Shown here one piece after another: positions 10,555 through 21,318 of a DNA stretch of 64,000 bases; positions within the stretch are counted from its first letter, which is position 1, and each line of letters opens with the position of its first letter. Both the position numbers and the translations under genes were made by a program. A model generated the notes under the pieces. That model had not been told where the DNA came from, searched no databases, and worked only from the letters and a program-made list of their open reading frames with translations. The DNA is from Diplonema japonicum (Eukaryota; Protista; Euglenozoa: Diplonemea), in the NCBI GenBank assembly GCA_964019335.1, contig OZ025705.1:434001-498000 (forward strand), read 5' to 3'.

Positions 10555-13500
10555 TCATAGCCTGGCGTTCTTCGGGCGGAGCTCAGGCTTGATCTCTGTA
10601 AAGAAGGATGTTAGCAGAGCCTTGTGGTTCTGTAAGGCAAGGTCTCGAGAAGGCAAGGGGACTTTTCTCGGCGGTTTCGTGTTTGTGAAGGGACCCGTGG
10701 AGACAGGGAGGAACTCTATGCAGAGCGTCGCGTTCTGAAAGCTAAAACGGGAGAGCTTTCGTGGCTTGGTGCCCCACAGTTTCTCACCCTCTGTGACTGA
10801 GTAAGCAACTAACCTAGTTAAGGTGAAGACAAGGAAGTAATTTGGAGCCGGGAAAAATCCCACAAGCTTCTCGCCGCGATACTTGCCCCTCTTGCACGTT
10901 TGGTGAGCATGGTACATTGCAGCCATTGAAGGGTCGTATGGTGCCAAGACGCCTTTCAGCAACACACGAGTGTGTCTAGCTCGCTTGCCTTGTGCGTCGG
11001 GGTCTACCACCATGTTCTTCATACCCTCAGTAGCCTTCGTAGCCAAATCCAAGACTCCTGCTGCTGGTTTGACGACGACACCAACAAGCCCCTTCCCGAC
11101 ACCAGTGATCAAGCCCCCAAGGCCTCCCTCTTTTACACCTTCCACTGGCTTGTTTATGACTCCTTTGATGCCCTCGCCGATGCCTGATGCCAGTGAATTG
11201 GCTCCGTCTAGTACGCCCTCCCCAAAGGTGCGTGGTTTCTCCTTCCCTTGCTGCCTCCTCCTCCGGAGGTACTCATCGTCGAAGGACAGCTCCGCAACGC
11301 TCTTCCCCAAGCTGCCTGTGATACCTGTTGCGGTGTTCGTCACACCGTAGGCGACGCCGCCCGCAAGGCTGCCTGCGCCCCGCCCGATACTCCCTGCCAC
11401 CTCCGCGACTGTGCCTTCGTTCCTGAAGGCCGCCACAGGTTCGTAGAACAAGTCAGCGATGCCGTCGCCCACGTTGCCAAGCAGCCCCACTGGGTTCCCT
11501 AGGAACTCCAACGAGAGAAGCGTTCGGTACATCAGAGCCCACGACATGGTTTTGTACTGCATGAGAACCAGCTTGGCAACATCTTCCATAGGTGAAAACA
11601 CGTTAGCAAGACACAGCGCAGGGTACGACACAGGCACATCGCTCACCGACTTCATGAGACTCACCAGCGGGAGCTGCTCCTCCGTGACAACGTTGCCGTT
11701 CTCGAAGGTGACGTAAAACTTCATGGGGTGCACGTCCAGCGACTTCAGCGACAGCACGGTGTGCTGGGGTGGGGTTGCCTGCCCGAAGCCCTTCCATGTC
11801 TTGATGATGTTGAAGAGCTCGTACGCAAAGACATCATCCACCGTGAGCGTTAGTTCCCGAATAGCCAGCACTGCTGTCTCGCACTTGATCACATTCTGCG
11901 TGGCCTTCAAGCCAGTGAACGACATCTTAAAGAAGTCCTCTATCGTAGACTGCTCACGCTGCTCCTGCGCTGATAGGATTGCTGCTGTGTGGCCACTGCA
12001 GAGGACTACCTTAAACTCAGCTTTAGGATTGCTGTTGTCTATTTGAAAGCTGCCCACAGAGACGGCAATGTTGTAACCGTGAGTGCTGTCCACAGTTCCT
12101 TGCACTCTCACGTTCCTGGCGGTGTGGTAGAACGACTCCCTCCTCTCCAGGCCATCTCCCGCAATGTACGAGATCTCCATATCACCCACGAACCCCACGC
12201 CCCACGTGTTCTTCTCCTCTTTCACTTTCTCCCACCCCTCTTCCACAATTTCGATTTCCGGTCCCATATCCCCCTGAACGGCCTTCACCATCAGTGTGGT
12301 GCCTTCGATTGAAGCATAGCTGTCCTTCGGTGTGATGCTGATGACGCTTGTGGTCTCCCTGTCATCCTGGTGCACCGTTAACATCACCCTCCTGTCGCTG
12401 TGCTTGATGCCAAGGCAGTCGTGGTAGTGCGCCACCTTCTTGAAAGGTATCAACCGCTCAGGTGGGTAGGTGCGGTGCTCACTCATGCTGGAGATGGAAA
12501 CTGTTTGGAAGCTCCTCAACACTACCATCGAAGAGGGAAGTGCCTCGGGTTCGAAGGTGATGCACAGGGTGGGACCCTGAATGGAGATGCTGCACGCAAG
12601 GGTCATGAAGTCAGCGCCCTTTCGAAGCTTGAGCGAGATGCTGCCAATAGTGCCTGGGTTAAAGGTGCTGCTGCAGAAAGTAGTGCCATGGTGTGTGACC
12701 TTGACGTGGCACTTCTGCAAGGCCTCTGAAGGTGTCGTCCAACTGTCGGCGAGCGTTAGGCAGCTTCTCTCCCCCGCCTGTAGGGACACAAGCTGCGAAG
12801 ATTTCGAGAACAGCGCAACGATGACAGGTGTCTTGTTGACGGCAACGTAGCCCTGCATGATGCTGATCACCTTCGTCCGGTGGTACACGCCCTTGCCTCT
12901 GGCCACCTCTACTCCTGCGATGTGGTTGCAGCTCTCTCCCGCAGAGAAAGTCACCCCCATTGTCGTCTCGGGCAGGTCCACATTGAAGAACTCACTCCAC
13001 CCGTGCTTCTTCGAGAACCTGTCGAGAAACTGTGCATCTTCCCGCTTCCCTTGCTTCACCGCTAACTCCGATGTGCCGAACTGTGCCTTGCTCCACATGA
13101 GAACTTCGTCCGAGGGGCACAGTATACCTTCGTTGGAAAAGCCACCACGCACACCATGCCCGTCAGTGACGTACAGGTCACTGAAGGTTGTGAGGTTCCT
13201 GACCCAATAGGAAGTGTACACACACACCCTTCGTACACAGTTGTCGTTATCCACAACACTGGAGGTAAGTACAGTGAATGTGTAGTCGCGCACTGTATCG
13301 GTGACCTTGATTGTGTCTGAGAGGTGCTTCTTGTCACCAGTGTGGATGGTGGCACGTTCTGACACCGTGTATCTGGAGGGGTTCTTTGTCTCGAGAGGCA
13401 CCACAGCCAGTGAATACTCGTGGGCTGGGTCCGCAAGCAAGGGTGAGATGCCGCCTGGGGACACTGTTGCTATGACAGCCTGCGACTGCGTGGAGTGCAA

Positions 13501-16500
13501 CGTAAGCATGACAGGAACGGGCAGCGCATTGACTACTTCAAACATCGGCAGCAGCGTGATCTTAACGTCTGTCCCTTTCACGGTAGCTGTGAGTGCTACG
13601 CTGCTGCCTTTTGGCTCCGTAACACACGCAGGCATGCCACTCTCAGTCTTCATGATGTCGCTGAGACGCAAGGCACTGTATTTCAGCTTTCCTACCGATA
13701 CCTCTAGCACGGCTGACAGGTTGCTGTTCACACATTTCAACGGCAACGACACATCTCCCTTGGAAGGGATCTCCAGTGCACACCCATTGCACACCACCGC
13801 CGCGCTCTCATGCATCGAGTTTTTCAGCATTACTCGACTGCGCACCACTATCGTGTCGTTGACCTCCGCCTTGCCAGCTGGTTTGTACTCTGCTTTAACT
13901 ACATGCGAATGATATTTCAGGTCGCGTGGGAGGAAGCACTGCTGCATGGGGAGCGACACAAGAATGTTATCTTGGCTAATCATCAAATCTTGCTTCTTTA
14001 CAAGAAGTTTCGTGTTCCCCTCCACGGACACAGGGCCTTCCTCAGTTTCGAGCATAAAGGGCACCTCGGTGTCATTTCGGACGGCGATAAACCCGAGGAG
14101 GCCCTTCTCAGGCAGCACGGGGGGAGGGGCATAGAGCATGTCGTGTATTTCTTCTACCAGCACGTGATCGATGTTAATGCTCAACGCCTGATTCGGCATC
14201 AGCGTCCTGTTTTCAGGATTGTACTGCACTGTCGTTGGTTCCACGAACGGCTCCCAGCGCCCTTCGCGCCACATCAATCCTTCAATGGCCGCACCTTGTT
14301 CTTTGTTCTCGCACACAAGCTTCGCTAGGGGTGCTAGATTTGCGTGCAGCAAGGCCACAGTCAGCTCTTGTATTGAAACAGATACCCCACTCCTTCCCTC
14401 CTCACTACCGCCCCACATCGAGCCCATCACCGCAACACTCTTCCGCATCGTATCACAAAGCAGTACAACCAACGGCAGCTCCTTGAGTACCATGCCAACT
14501 TTGAGACGGATGCTCACGGCACACGCTTCTGGCGACCGTGTCATGTACACGCGAGTATCATCGTAACCACTGTGGAAGAGGTGCGCTTCGCCGGCAGCAT
14601 TACAGCAGCTTAGTGATGTTAGCTCACATGTCGCTTCAGAGGGGGTGGCTGAAAGGTGCACCAAGGCGCTAAGCGTTAAGTTACCGCATAACAATGCAAT
14701 CGGTACAGAACATGGCAAAAGAGTTGTGGTACTTGCAGTGCTTGCAGATCGTTGCATCACTTCATCTACAGTAACGTTGCTTCCGAAGCGCACGACACCA
14801 CCTGACACGTGGTGTGCGTTGAGGTCTTCCTCTGTGCAGGGGACAATAGCGTTAGTGAGCTGCAGCTCTTCTTTGTCACACACAAGGACGCACTTACCTT
14901 TGAAACCCAACCTTTTACCACCGCAGTCCCACACCATCGACCTTTCAACTACCAGACGAGTCCCCTTACAAGAGAAATCTTGGTCACACGGGTTGCACGT
15001 ACCTTCTGCAAGCACCATATCCTCGTCCATCCCCGTGGGTGTCTTCAGCCCTGACAATTCTTCGAGATGCAAGCTTACTCCCTCACAACGCATGGCCACT
15101 GAAGAAGTAGCAGTGCTAGCAGTGTGGGTTAGACTTGTGGCTTTGATAGTGCCAAGAGTAGCGTGCTGCATGGCTAGGGAAGCATTTGCCCACTTGCAGG
15201 TGTAGTGTTTTGTGTAGTCCTCGTCAGATAGCGCAACGAACTCAATCACGAGGCTGCAGGCCATGACTTCGAATGACTTGTGCACAACACCCAGTGCAGG
15301 GACGTGCAGGGCGCAGGTAAGCCAAGGGCGTGTGGAGAGTGGCCATGGCTTCGGGGGTGGGTTTGTCGGGAGGACTTCTGATGGCGCGGGCGGTGTGGAG
15401 AAGTTGTTCAATACCGCAGCAGTCCAGTTGGAGAGCTCGAGAGAAGCCACGTCGACAGCAGACAAGTCACCACCTATATCGCACCATAGCCATGGTGCCG
15501 ACTCAGAGGTGTCCTGCCACAGCGACAAGGTGTGTATAGAGAGAGCAGCCTGTACCCCACCAGTGCACACCGTCAGATCGGTGCGATACTCCATGGCCAC
15601 CCCGACATCCGCCAGTTTTGTGTTCCCCACGAATTCACTGCAAAGGTGGTCTATTCTCGCGTTCACATATACAGCGCACTCTTCGACTGTCTCCCCTTCA
15701 CGGGGTGCCGGAACAGTGACATCAAGCAGCCCCCGAGACGTGATGCGAACACACACCTGTTCCTCATGGACTCCTGCATGAGGCAGTTTGTACTTCAGGC
15801 TGCGTATCTCGTTCATGACCGTTCTTGATGTGTAGTCGAGGTGTCTCCAGAGCCAGCTCATGTGCTGGTATTGGTAGACGTCGATGGCCGCGTACAAAGC
15901 AAGGACGGCTTTGCAGTTCGCAAAGCACACATCGAGGTTTGCTGTGGGTGAGCACTCTGTAATCCGTGTCGCGCCAGGCGAGTCCTGCCACATGCTGTCC
16001 CATGCCACACCAGTGTTCTGTTTCAACGACGACTTCAGGGCGTCTGGAGCCAGCTGCGGGGAGTACCAGCCTGTGTACTTGATTTCCAAGCTGCTGTCGT
16101 CCCCAAGTGGTTCTAAGAGCGGTCGTGACGGGAGGCTGAAGTGCGTGAGCACCAGCGATGGCATACTCCACGCGAACGCCCAGTGGTCCCAATAGTAAGT
16201 GAATTCCATAAGTGGTGCTGTGTGGCTGAGGGTGGCCCTGTGAGAGCCACCAGCGGTTAGCGTCGCGTTCACCTCTCCACTGCAAGACAAGGCCACTATT
16301 GATACAAGGTCACAAGGGTTCAGAGTTCCAGCCCCTCTCGTGTAAGACGCAGGGACGTCCAGGTCATAACTAGACTGCATGTAAGGGACCAAAGCCAGCA
16401 GCGCATCGATATCCTTCCCTAAAGTGTCCCTGTCGGCTGTGAGCGTACAGGCTGTGCAATGGAGTTTCAAAGGGGACACGAGTGTGACATTAGATTGGAG

Positions 16501-18339
16501 TGGGTTGCACTTCTTCTGCACCCACACCATCTGTGTTCCTGATGCTTCAATTGCAGTGCTCCCAATGACTTGTACGTCACCCGTTTCCACGACAGTCCTG
16601 TTCTCTGCACACGTACTTGCGAACTCGACTTGCAGTCCATTGTGCGCATGGACTGCAAACCGACCGAGGTCCACAACAAGCCCTGCACCACATGTAGCTG
16701 TGAAAGTGCTGGCGCCTTCAACCCACGGGGCTTGCTGCGCCGCTAAGATGTTCTGCTTATAAGCCTCCAGCGTGACCTCGATGTGGTGTTTGAGCTCAAG
16801 CAAATCGCCCTTGTTGCCCACAGAGGATAAGTCCACGCACACCGTGCTAGCTTCCTCACGCGTGACGTCGGTGATAGACCGCAGTGTGATGCCTCCTGCG
16901 GTCTCTCGGATAGTGGTTACGTCGGGCAGCAGGTACATCAGTGCGCTTGTACCGTCGCACCATTGCAGCATAAGCCTCGGTGAGTATGGTACAAAGTACA
17001 CATCACACTGGATTGGGGCTTGCTTGTCAAGTACATAAGGAGACGTCACTTGCACGGAACGCAAGCAGAGAGGATCTGGCACGCTCGGGTAGTACAGCAA
17101 GTGTATCAAAGGATAGGCTATGTCGAGGATGAGGTGATGAAGGGCGGCGGTCGTGAGGCGTACAAAGACGTTGGGGGGTACTGTGAGGTGCGTGGCTGAC
17201 GCAGAATACTCGAGGCTTATCCGCTGCCTCTCCGTGAGGATGGTCGTGCCGTCCATGACAACAGTGGTGCCCTGAGAGGCAACAGCAAGGATTCCGTTTT
17301 CCGCACGAAAACTGACCTCTTTACAGAGTGTTGCAACAAGTACCTTATCGAGGGAAGGAAACTTCACACAGACACCGCCCTCCAAAGCCATATGAAGTGC
17401 CAACGATTCTGATTGGGACCCTCTCGTCAGCCCAGCACCGAGCGCACCAAATGCATCTTTCAACTTCATGAGAACCGGTATATCAGTGGACACTTCTAGT
17501 TGTTGCTTCACACGCACACGCACGCCAGAATCATCCATTCCTACCCACAAAGAGGTGTTCTTCAGAAGGGGCTCAGCAGACAAGTCGTGGAAGGCGATGC
17601 CACCATCACACCACTCTGCGAGCCTACACCGCAGAGACACTGCTTTAAACAGTTCAATGTGCACTCCCTGAAAGGCCTGCGGACACTGCACGGCTTGGGG
17701 TGCACCGTGGCAAACGGAAACAGTAGCACCAGTGAAGGAGTGCGAGACTATCGATGGGGCAACCGGGTCGCAGATACACGTTAGAATGGGAGGAGAAGGG
17801 GTGCTAGCAGATATAACGTCCGTTGCACTGGTAAGAGTGATGGTTGTTGGGAGGGAGAGAGAGAGCAGGTGATGAGGTGGCGTCGGGAGTGTACACGGGA
17901 GGTGTGTATCAAGAGACAGAGAATCAAAGTGGACTGTAAGAGCGAGGCCGTGCGGGTTGTGTAAGGTCACATTGTGCAACTGTACAGAGAGGTACTTCAA
18001 AGCTGGATGATCAAAACAGAGGCTATGCCGCTCCGTTCCGCCACTACTCTCTTCGACTACGCTACCCAGAGAAATGGCCAGTCCCCTGACCGTCACAAGA
18101 AGGGGCCGAGGGTGTGCAGGACGCAACTCAACTCTGACCCACTCTGCCTTCATCCCATGAGCCTCGCATCCAAATATGTCCACCCAGCTGAATCCTGTTC
18201 CCCATTGCACTTTCGTCACCTTTACCCCAAACACCACACGGATCAGGATCACATAAAGAATCCACAAAGCGGTCTTCACCACCCACATCACCACAGCCGC
18301 CAGTGCTGCGAGCACGTGACGTAACGTATCAGCAACCAT
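10555..18339 (-). CDS. VPS13: VPS13-family bridge-like lipid transfer protein, 2594 aa
   Basis: WEPFVEP motif, VAB/SHR-BD-like repeats (VVNALPVPV, YWVRNLT, YVAVNKT), FQIDN, LEFLGNPVGLLGNVGDGIADLFYEP, Gly-rich ATG2_C-like helices (GVGKGLVGVVVKPAAGVLD) and a PH-like tail. Confidence 0.88.
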   Translation of the reverse strand: MVADTLRHVLAALAAVVMWVVKTALWILYVILIRVVFGVKVTKVQWGTGFSWVDIFGCEAHGMKAEWVRVELRPAHPRPLLVTVRGLAISLGSVVEESSGGTERHSLCFDHPALKYLSVQLHNVTLHNPHGLALTVHFDSLSLDTHLPCTLPTPPHHLLSLSLPTTITLTSATDVISASTPSPPILTCICDPVAPSIVSHSFTGATVSVCHGAPQAVQCPQAFQGVHIELFKAVSLRCRLAEWCDGGIAFHDLSAEPLLKNTSLWVGMDDSGVRVRVKQQLEVSTDIPVLMKLKDAFGALGAGLTRGSQSESLALHMALEGGVCVKFPSLDKVLVATLCKEVSFRAENGILAVASQGTTVVMDGTTILTERQRISLEYSASATHLTVPPNVFVRLTTAALHHLILDIAYPLIHLLYYPSVPDPLCLRSVQVTSPYVLDKQAPIQCDVYFVPYSPRLMLQWCDGTSALMYLLPDVTTIRETAGGITLRSITDVTREEASTVCVDLSSVGNKGDLLELKHHIEVTLEAYKQNILAAQQAPWVEGASTFTATCGAGLVVDLGRFAVHAHNGLQVEFASTCAENRTVVETGDVQVIGSTAIEASGTQMVWVQKKCNPLQSNVTLVSPLKLHCTACTLTADRDTLGKDIDALLALVPYMQSSYDLDVPASYTRGAGTLNPCDLVSIVALSCSGEVNATLTAGGSHRATLSHTAPLMEFTYYWDHWAFAWSMPSLVLTHFSLPSRPLLEPLGDDSSLEIKYTGWYSPQLAPDALKSSLKQNTGVAWDSMWQDSPGATRITECSPTANLDVCFANCKAVLALYAAIDVYQYQHMSWLWRHLDYTSRTVMNEIRSLKYKLPHAGVHEEQVCVRITSRGLLDVTVPAPREGETVEECAVYVNARIDHLCSEFVGNTKLADVGVAMEYRTDLTVCTGGVQAALSIHTLSLWQDTSESAPWLWCDIGGDLSAVDVASLELSNWTAAVLNNFSTPPAPSEVLPTNPPPKPWPLSTRPWLTCALHVPALGVVHKSFEVMACSLVIEFVALSDEDYTKHYTCKWANASLAMQHATLGTIKATSLTHTASTATSSVAMRCEGVSLHLEELSGLKTPTGMDEDMVLAEGTCNPCDQDFSCKGTRLVVERSMVWDCGGKRLGFKGKCVLVCDKEELQLTNAIVPCTEEDLNAHHVSGGVVRFGSNVTVDEVMQRSASTASTTTLLPCSVPIALLCGNLTLSALVHLSATPSEATCELTSLSCCNAAGEAHLFHSGYDDTRVYMTRSPEACAVSIRLKVGMVLKELPLVVLLCDTMRKSVAVMGSMWGGSEEGRSGVSVSIQELTVALLHANLAPLAKLVCENKEQGAAIEGLMWREGRWEPFVEPTTVQYNPENRTLMPNQALSINIDHVLVEEIHDMLYAPPPVLPEKGLLGFIAVRNDTEVPFMLETEEGPVSVEGNTKLLVKKQDLMISQDNILVSLPMQQCFLPRDLKYHSHVVKAEYKPAGKAEVNDTIVVRSRVMLKNSMHESAAVVCNGCALEIPSKGDVSLPLKCVNSNLSAVLEVSVGKLKYSALRLSDIMKTESGMPACVTEPKGSSVALTATVKGTDVKITLLPMFEVVNALPVPVMLTLHSTQSQAVIATVSPGGISPLLADPAHEYSLAVVPLETKNPSRYTVSERATIHTGDKKHLSDTIKVTDTVRDYTFTVLTSSVVDNDNCVRRVCVYTSYWVRNLTTFSDLYVTDGHGVRGGFSNEGILCPSDEVLMWSKAQFGTSELAVKQGKREDAQFLDRFSKKHGWSEFFNVDLPETTMGVTFSAGESCNHIAGVEVARGKGVYHRTKVISIMQGYVAVNKTPVIVALFSKSSQLVSLQAGERSCLTLADSWTTPSEALQKCHVKVTHHGTTFCSSTFNPGTIGSISLKLRKGADFMTLACSISIQGPTLCITFEPEALPSSMVVLRSFQTVSISSMSEHRTYPPERLIPFKKVAHYHDCLGIKHSDRRVMLTVHQDDRETTSVISITPKDSYASIEGTTLMVKAVQGDMGPEIEIVEEGWEKVKEEKNTWGVGFVGDMEISYIAGDGLERRESFYHTARNVRVQGTVDSTHGYNIAVSVGSFQIDNSNPKAEFKVVLCSGHTAAILSAQEQREQSTIEDFFKMSFTGLKATQNVIKCETAVLAIRELTLTVDDVFAYELFNIIKTWKGFGQATPPQHTVLSLKSLDVHPMKFYVTFENGNVVTEEQLPLVSLMKSVSDVPVSYPALCLANVFSPMEDVAKLVLMQYKTMSWALMYRTLLSLEFLGNPVGLLGNVGDGIADLFYEPVAAFRNEGTVAEVAGSIGRGAGSLAGGVAYGVTNTATGITGSLGKSVAELSFDDEYLRRRRQQGKEKPRTFGEGVLDGANSLASGIGEGIKGVINKPVEGVKEGGLGGLITGVGKGLVGVVVKPAAGVLDLATKATEGMKNMVVDPDAQGKRARHTRVLLKGVLAPYDPSMAAMYHAHQTCKRGKYRGEKLVGFFPAPNYFLVFTLTRLVAYSVTEGEKLWGTKPRKLSRFSFQNATLCIEFLPVSTGPFTNTKPPRKVPLPSRDLALQNHKALLTSFFTEIKPELRPKNARL

Positions 18340-18461
18340 TGCACGACGTCCTAACCCTGGTGGTTGACCATCAGCAATAAGCTACAAAAGGTAATAATAC
18401 TACTTACTGTGTACGGGCAACATTCTTTGAACCTTCTTGAAAAAGAAGGGACATGCTGCGT

Positions 18462-19433
18462 TTAAACACCCGCCACGTTGTACATCCTGTCGGCTCGCAT
18501 GGGGTGGTTGGAGCGCAGGTGCTGTTGATTTTCAGTTGCACGGAGACGGAAGGAACGGGTGAGACTGTAAGAGAGGTTTGTGCGTGGCCTCGCAGTGGGG
18601 GGGCGGGGCTTGTTGGGAGGCGTGTACCACGACAGGATGTCAGATGTGTTGAAAGTGGACTGGAGAGATGGCTTTTGCAGCAAGTTGAGCGAATAATACT
18701 TCAAGAACTTCACCACTGAGATGCATCCAGTGTGGTCGGGTTCTAACTTTTCAACGATATCGGCTACCTGCTGCCAAGACAGCTCTGCAGGGTGTCGGCA
18801 CACGAGAGCGTTGCTTTTGAGTGCCGAATAGAAGACCGACACGGGGACCCTGTCGTTCCCATCCGTGAGGGAGAGGAACAACTTCTTCAACCCGTCAACT
18901 TTTTTTTTCAAATCGGTATTTTCCAACGCTGTCATCCGCTCACTGTCACCCAGCACTGCATATGGCGGCGGGGCCCAAGAGGCGCCCAGAATGCTTTTAG
19001 GTCTTTTCTCGCCCAACCCGACATCTGACTTATTCCCAAGCATGGTTTTCCGCATAGATTTATTCAAAGGTCCACCGTAGCAGAACCTGCTCACTTCCTC
19101 CTTCTCGCTCTGCAGGGTGTTGGTGGTGGTGTTGATGTTGGTGTCGGTGGTCTCGGGTTCTCGTCGCACGAGTGCTTTGGGGTCCACGTACCCGTTCTCC
19201 GACTTGCTTTCTACCAGGTCGGCAAGCCATTTCTTATCTCGCATTGTCTTCAAGCCAAGCACTTTGCGTAATCTTCTTGTTGCATCTTCCACCTCTACGA
19301 CGTCGTCCAGTGCGAACTCCTTCCACACACTGAAGCTCCGAGCGCGCATGAGGTTCCGCAGCTTGGTCTGCACATCTGTCACAGTGCTCACAGTGGTGCT
19401 GACACAGCTTCCTGATTGGGTTACAAGTGACAT
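18462..19433 (-). CDS. Hypothetical protein with degenerate EF-hand pairs (at least 323 aa; possible upstream exon 19720-19566)
   Basis: ORF with helix-loop-helix segments LFLSLTDGNDRVPVSVFYSAL and IVEKLEPDHTGCISVVKFLKYY. Confidence 0.65.
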   Translation of the reverse strand: MSLVTQSGSCVSTTVSTVTDVQTKLRNLMRARSFSVWKEFALDDVVEVEDATRRLRKVLGLKTMRDKKWLADLVESKSENGYVDPKALVRREPETTDTNINTTTNTLQSEKEEVSRFCYGGPLNKSMRKTMLGNKSDVGLGEKRPKSILGASWAPPPYAVLGDSERMTALENTDLKKKVDGLKKLFLSLTDGNDRVPVSVFYSALKSNALVCRHPAELSWQQVADIVEKLEPDHTGCISVVKFLKYYSLNLLQKPSLQSTFNTSDILSWYTPPNKPRPPTARPRTNLSYSLTRSFRLRATENQQHLRSNHPMRADRMYNVAGV

Positions 19434-20022
19434 CTTTCCCCTTAGCCCTTTTTTTTCTTTTTTTTCTTATCTTACCTGTGTTGTAAAAAGAATGTCACAA
19501 CCTGTAACATTGCACCCCAATAGTGTTGTGCTTTTTTTTTTTTTTTTTTTAATTATATCTTTTACATGTAAGCCCCCATTCCCAGTGTAGGCCTCTGACC
19601 AGAGCTGGATGGTACGTGTGCCTTGGGGTTTGCTCCTGAGTTGAACCCCACGTGGTTGCTTTGCGGTGCTGCCTGGCCGCCTAGCTTCTGCACAGCATGG
19701 GCTGGAAGGGTACCGGTCATCTTGTATTGTGTAATGCTGAGTAACTAACGTTGCATTTTGAAGAAGAAGAGAAAAAGGGGAAAAAGATAAGAGGGTTCAC
19801 AACCCCACAGGGCCACGAGAGAAACACGAGTAACGAGATAAAAACCACAGCCGAAGAGAAGAAAAAGAGAGCAAATAAAAAAAAGAAGAAGAAGACGCGC
19901 GATGTACCTACCCATCAGGACCCCTCAGAGGGGCCCATGCAGGACAGAGTAACGGAGAATTAACGTGGGCAACGGGGGCAAGGAGAGCGGGAAGGAGGGT
20001 TTTTTTTTTTTCTTTTTTTTTT

Positions 20023-21207
20023 CTAGTTGTGGTTGGCGAGGGCGAAGCCGACCCTGTTGTTGGCCGCGTCGAAGGTGGTGTAGAACTTCCTCATGAAGAC
20101 GTCACCGAGGATGGCACCAAGGTTCTCTGGGAGCTCACCGGGGAAGCCCATGATGCCAGAGATGCACTGGGTGGGCGCACCAGGCTCCTGCACCTGCAAG
20201 ATGTAGTCCTCACCAGTGAGCACGTAGGGCTTCCCTGCAAGGGTGACGGTCATGTTGGGGAGCTTCGCGAAGTCAGGGCACGCCTCGAAGACGCACTCGA
20301 TGCCCGCGTCAATGCAGCCCAGCTTGCTGTTGATCTTCACAGCTGTGGCCAGGGGGAAGGCAAGGAGAGAGGTGCCGGAGTCCACCACGGAGTCGAAGTG
20401 GCTGTGGACGGTCTCGTTGCCGATGGCAAGGCTGTCGGTGTGGATCTGCCAGTACCCATCCTTGGAGATGGGGACGTACGAGAAGGACCCAGTGTAGTGG
20501 TCGGTGTTGACACCGCCAAGAGCCAGCTCGGAGGTCTTCTTGTGGGGCCACGCCTGGGCGGACAGGTAGAAGGAGAACTGACCAGCATCCACAAGCTTCT
20601 GCTGCATCATGCTGAAGAAGACGGGGGTGATGCCGTTGACGGAGATCTCGACCCAGCCCATGCCGAGGATGCCGTCGAAGCGGCCCACCACCCAAGGCAG
20701 ACCGGGCTCGGCAGTGGTCTCAGCGAAGACCTGCTTCTGGACCTTGATGCCACCGAAGGTGACGGTGTCCTCATCACAGACGCCCCTCACAGCACCGGAC
20801 CCATACAGGATGCTGAAGGCAGTCCCGTTGTACACGTAGCTAGACGACGCGGAGCTGTTGTACTTCTTGTGCACGCAGCCGGAGCAGTTCGCGCCCGGCA
20901 CCCACAGGTTCGAGGAACCAGTGTCGTAGATGACCTTGAACTCCTGCTCTGGTGTCCCTATGGACACGGGTCCGTAGTACTGTGCGTTCATGAAGTCAGT
21001 GATGGGCACCTTGGGCACGGCGGTCACAGATGGGGCGTACTTCAAACCCAGCTTCAGAGCCTCGCCCGCGAAGACCTTCCCGCTCAACATCACCTCCTTG
21101 AGTGGCTTGTTGCTTCTGGACTCGATCTTCATCTCCCCCTGCAGAGGGATCTTCACAAGCTCGGCGCTAGCGAGAGCAGCGCACAGCAGAGTACAAAGAG
21201 TTCTCAT
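20023..21207 (-). CDS. Pepsin-family (A1) aspartic protease, cathepsin D-like, 394 aa
   Basis: Signal peptide, DFMNAQYYG, catalytic DTGSSNLWV and VDSGTS, YGSG flap, FDGILGMG, ILGDVFMRKFYTTFD; strong GC3 bias. Confidence 0.96.
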   Translation of the reverse strand: MRTLCTLLCAALASAELVKIPLQGEMKIESRSNKPLKEVMLSGKVFAGEALKLGLKYAPSVTAVPKVPITDFMNAQYYGPVSIGTPEQEFKVIYDTGSSNLWVPGANCSGCVHKKYNSSASSSYVYNGTAFSILYGSGAVRGVCDEDTVTFGGIKVQKQVFAETTAEPGLPWVVGRFDGILGMGWVEISVNGITPVFFSMMQQKLVDAGQFSFYLSAQAWPHKKTSELALGGVNTDHYTGSFSYVPISKDGYWQIHTDSLAIGNETVHSHFDSVVDSGTSLLAFPLATAVKINSKLGCIDAGIECVFEACPDFAKLPNMTVTLAGKPYVLTGEDYILQVQEPGAPTQCISGIMGFPGELPENLGAILGDVFMRKFYTTFDAANNRVGFALANHN

Positions 21208-21318
21208 GGTGTTGTCTGTTGTCTAGTCTGTTGTGTTTATTTTATCTTAACTTTGCTCACTTAAAAGAGGCAATACAAAAAAAAGAGAGAAAGAGAAACG
21301 TGTGTGCCCCGAGCGTCC

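Noticed and set aside
19743-19752. AACTAACG resembling the start of a euglenozoan spliced leader (also near 2028)
   Set aside because: Not followed by the conserved TTTCTGTACTTTATTG core or a GT donor; chance match.
20029-21264. 411-aa plus-strand ORF opposite the aspartic protease
   Set aside because: Codon-bias mirror ORF.
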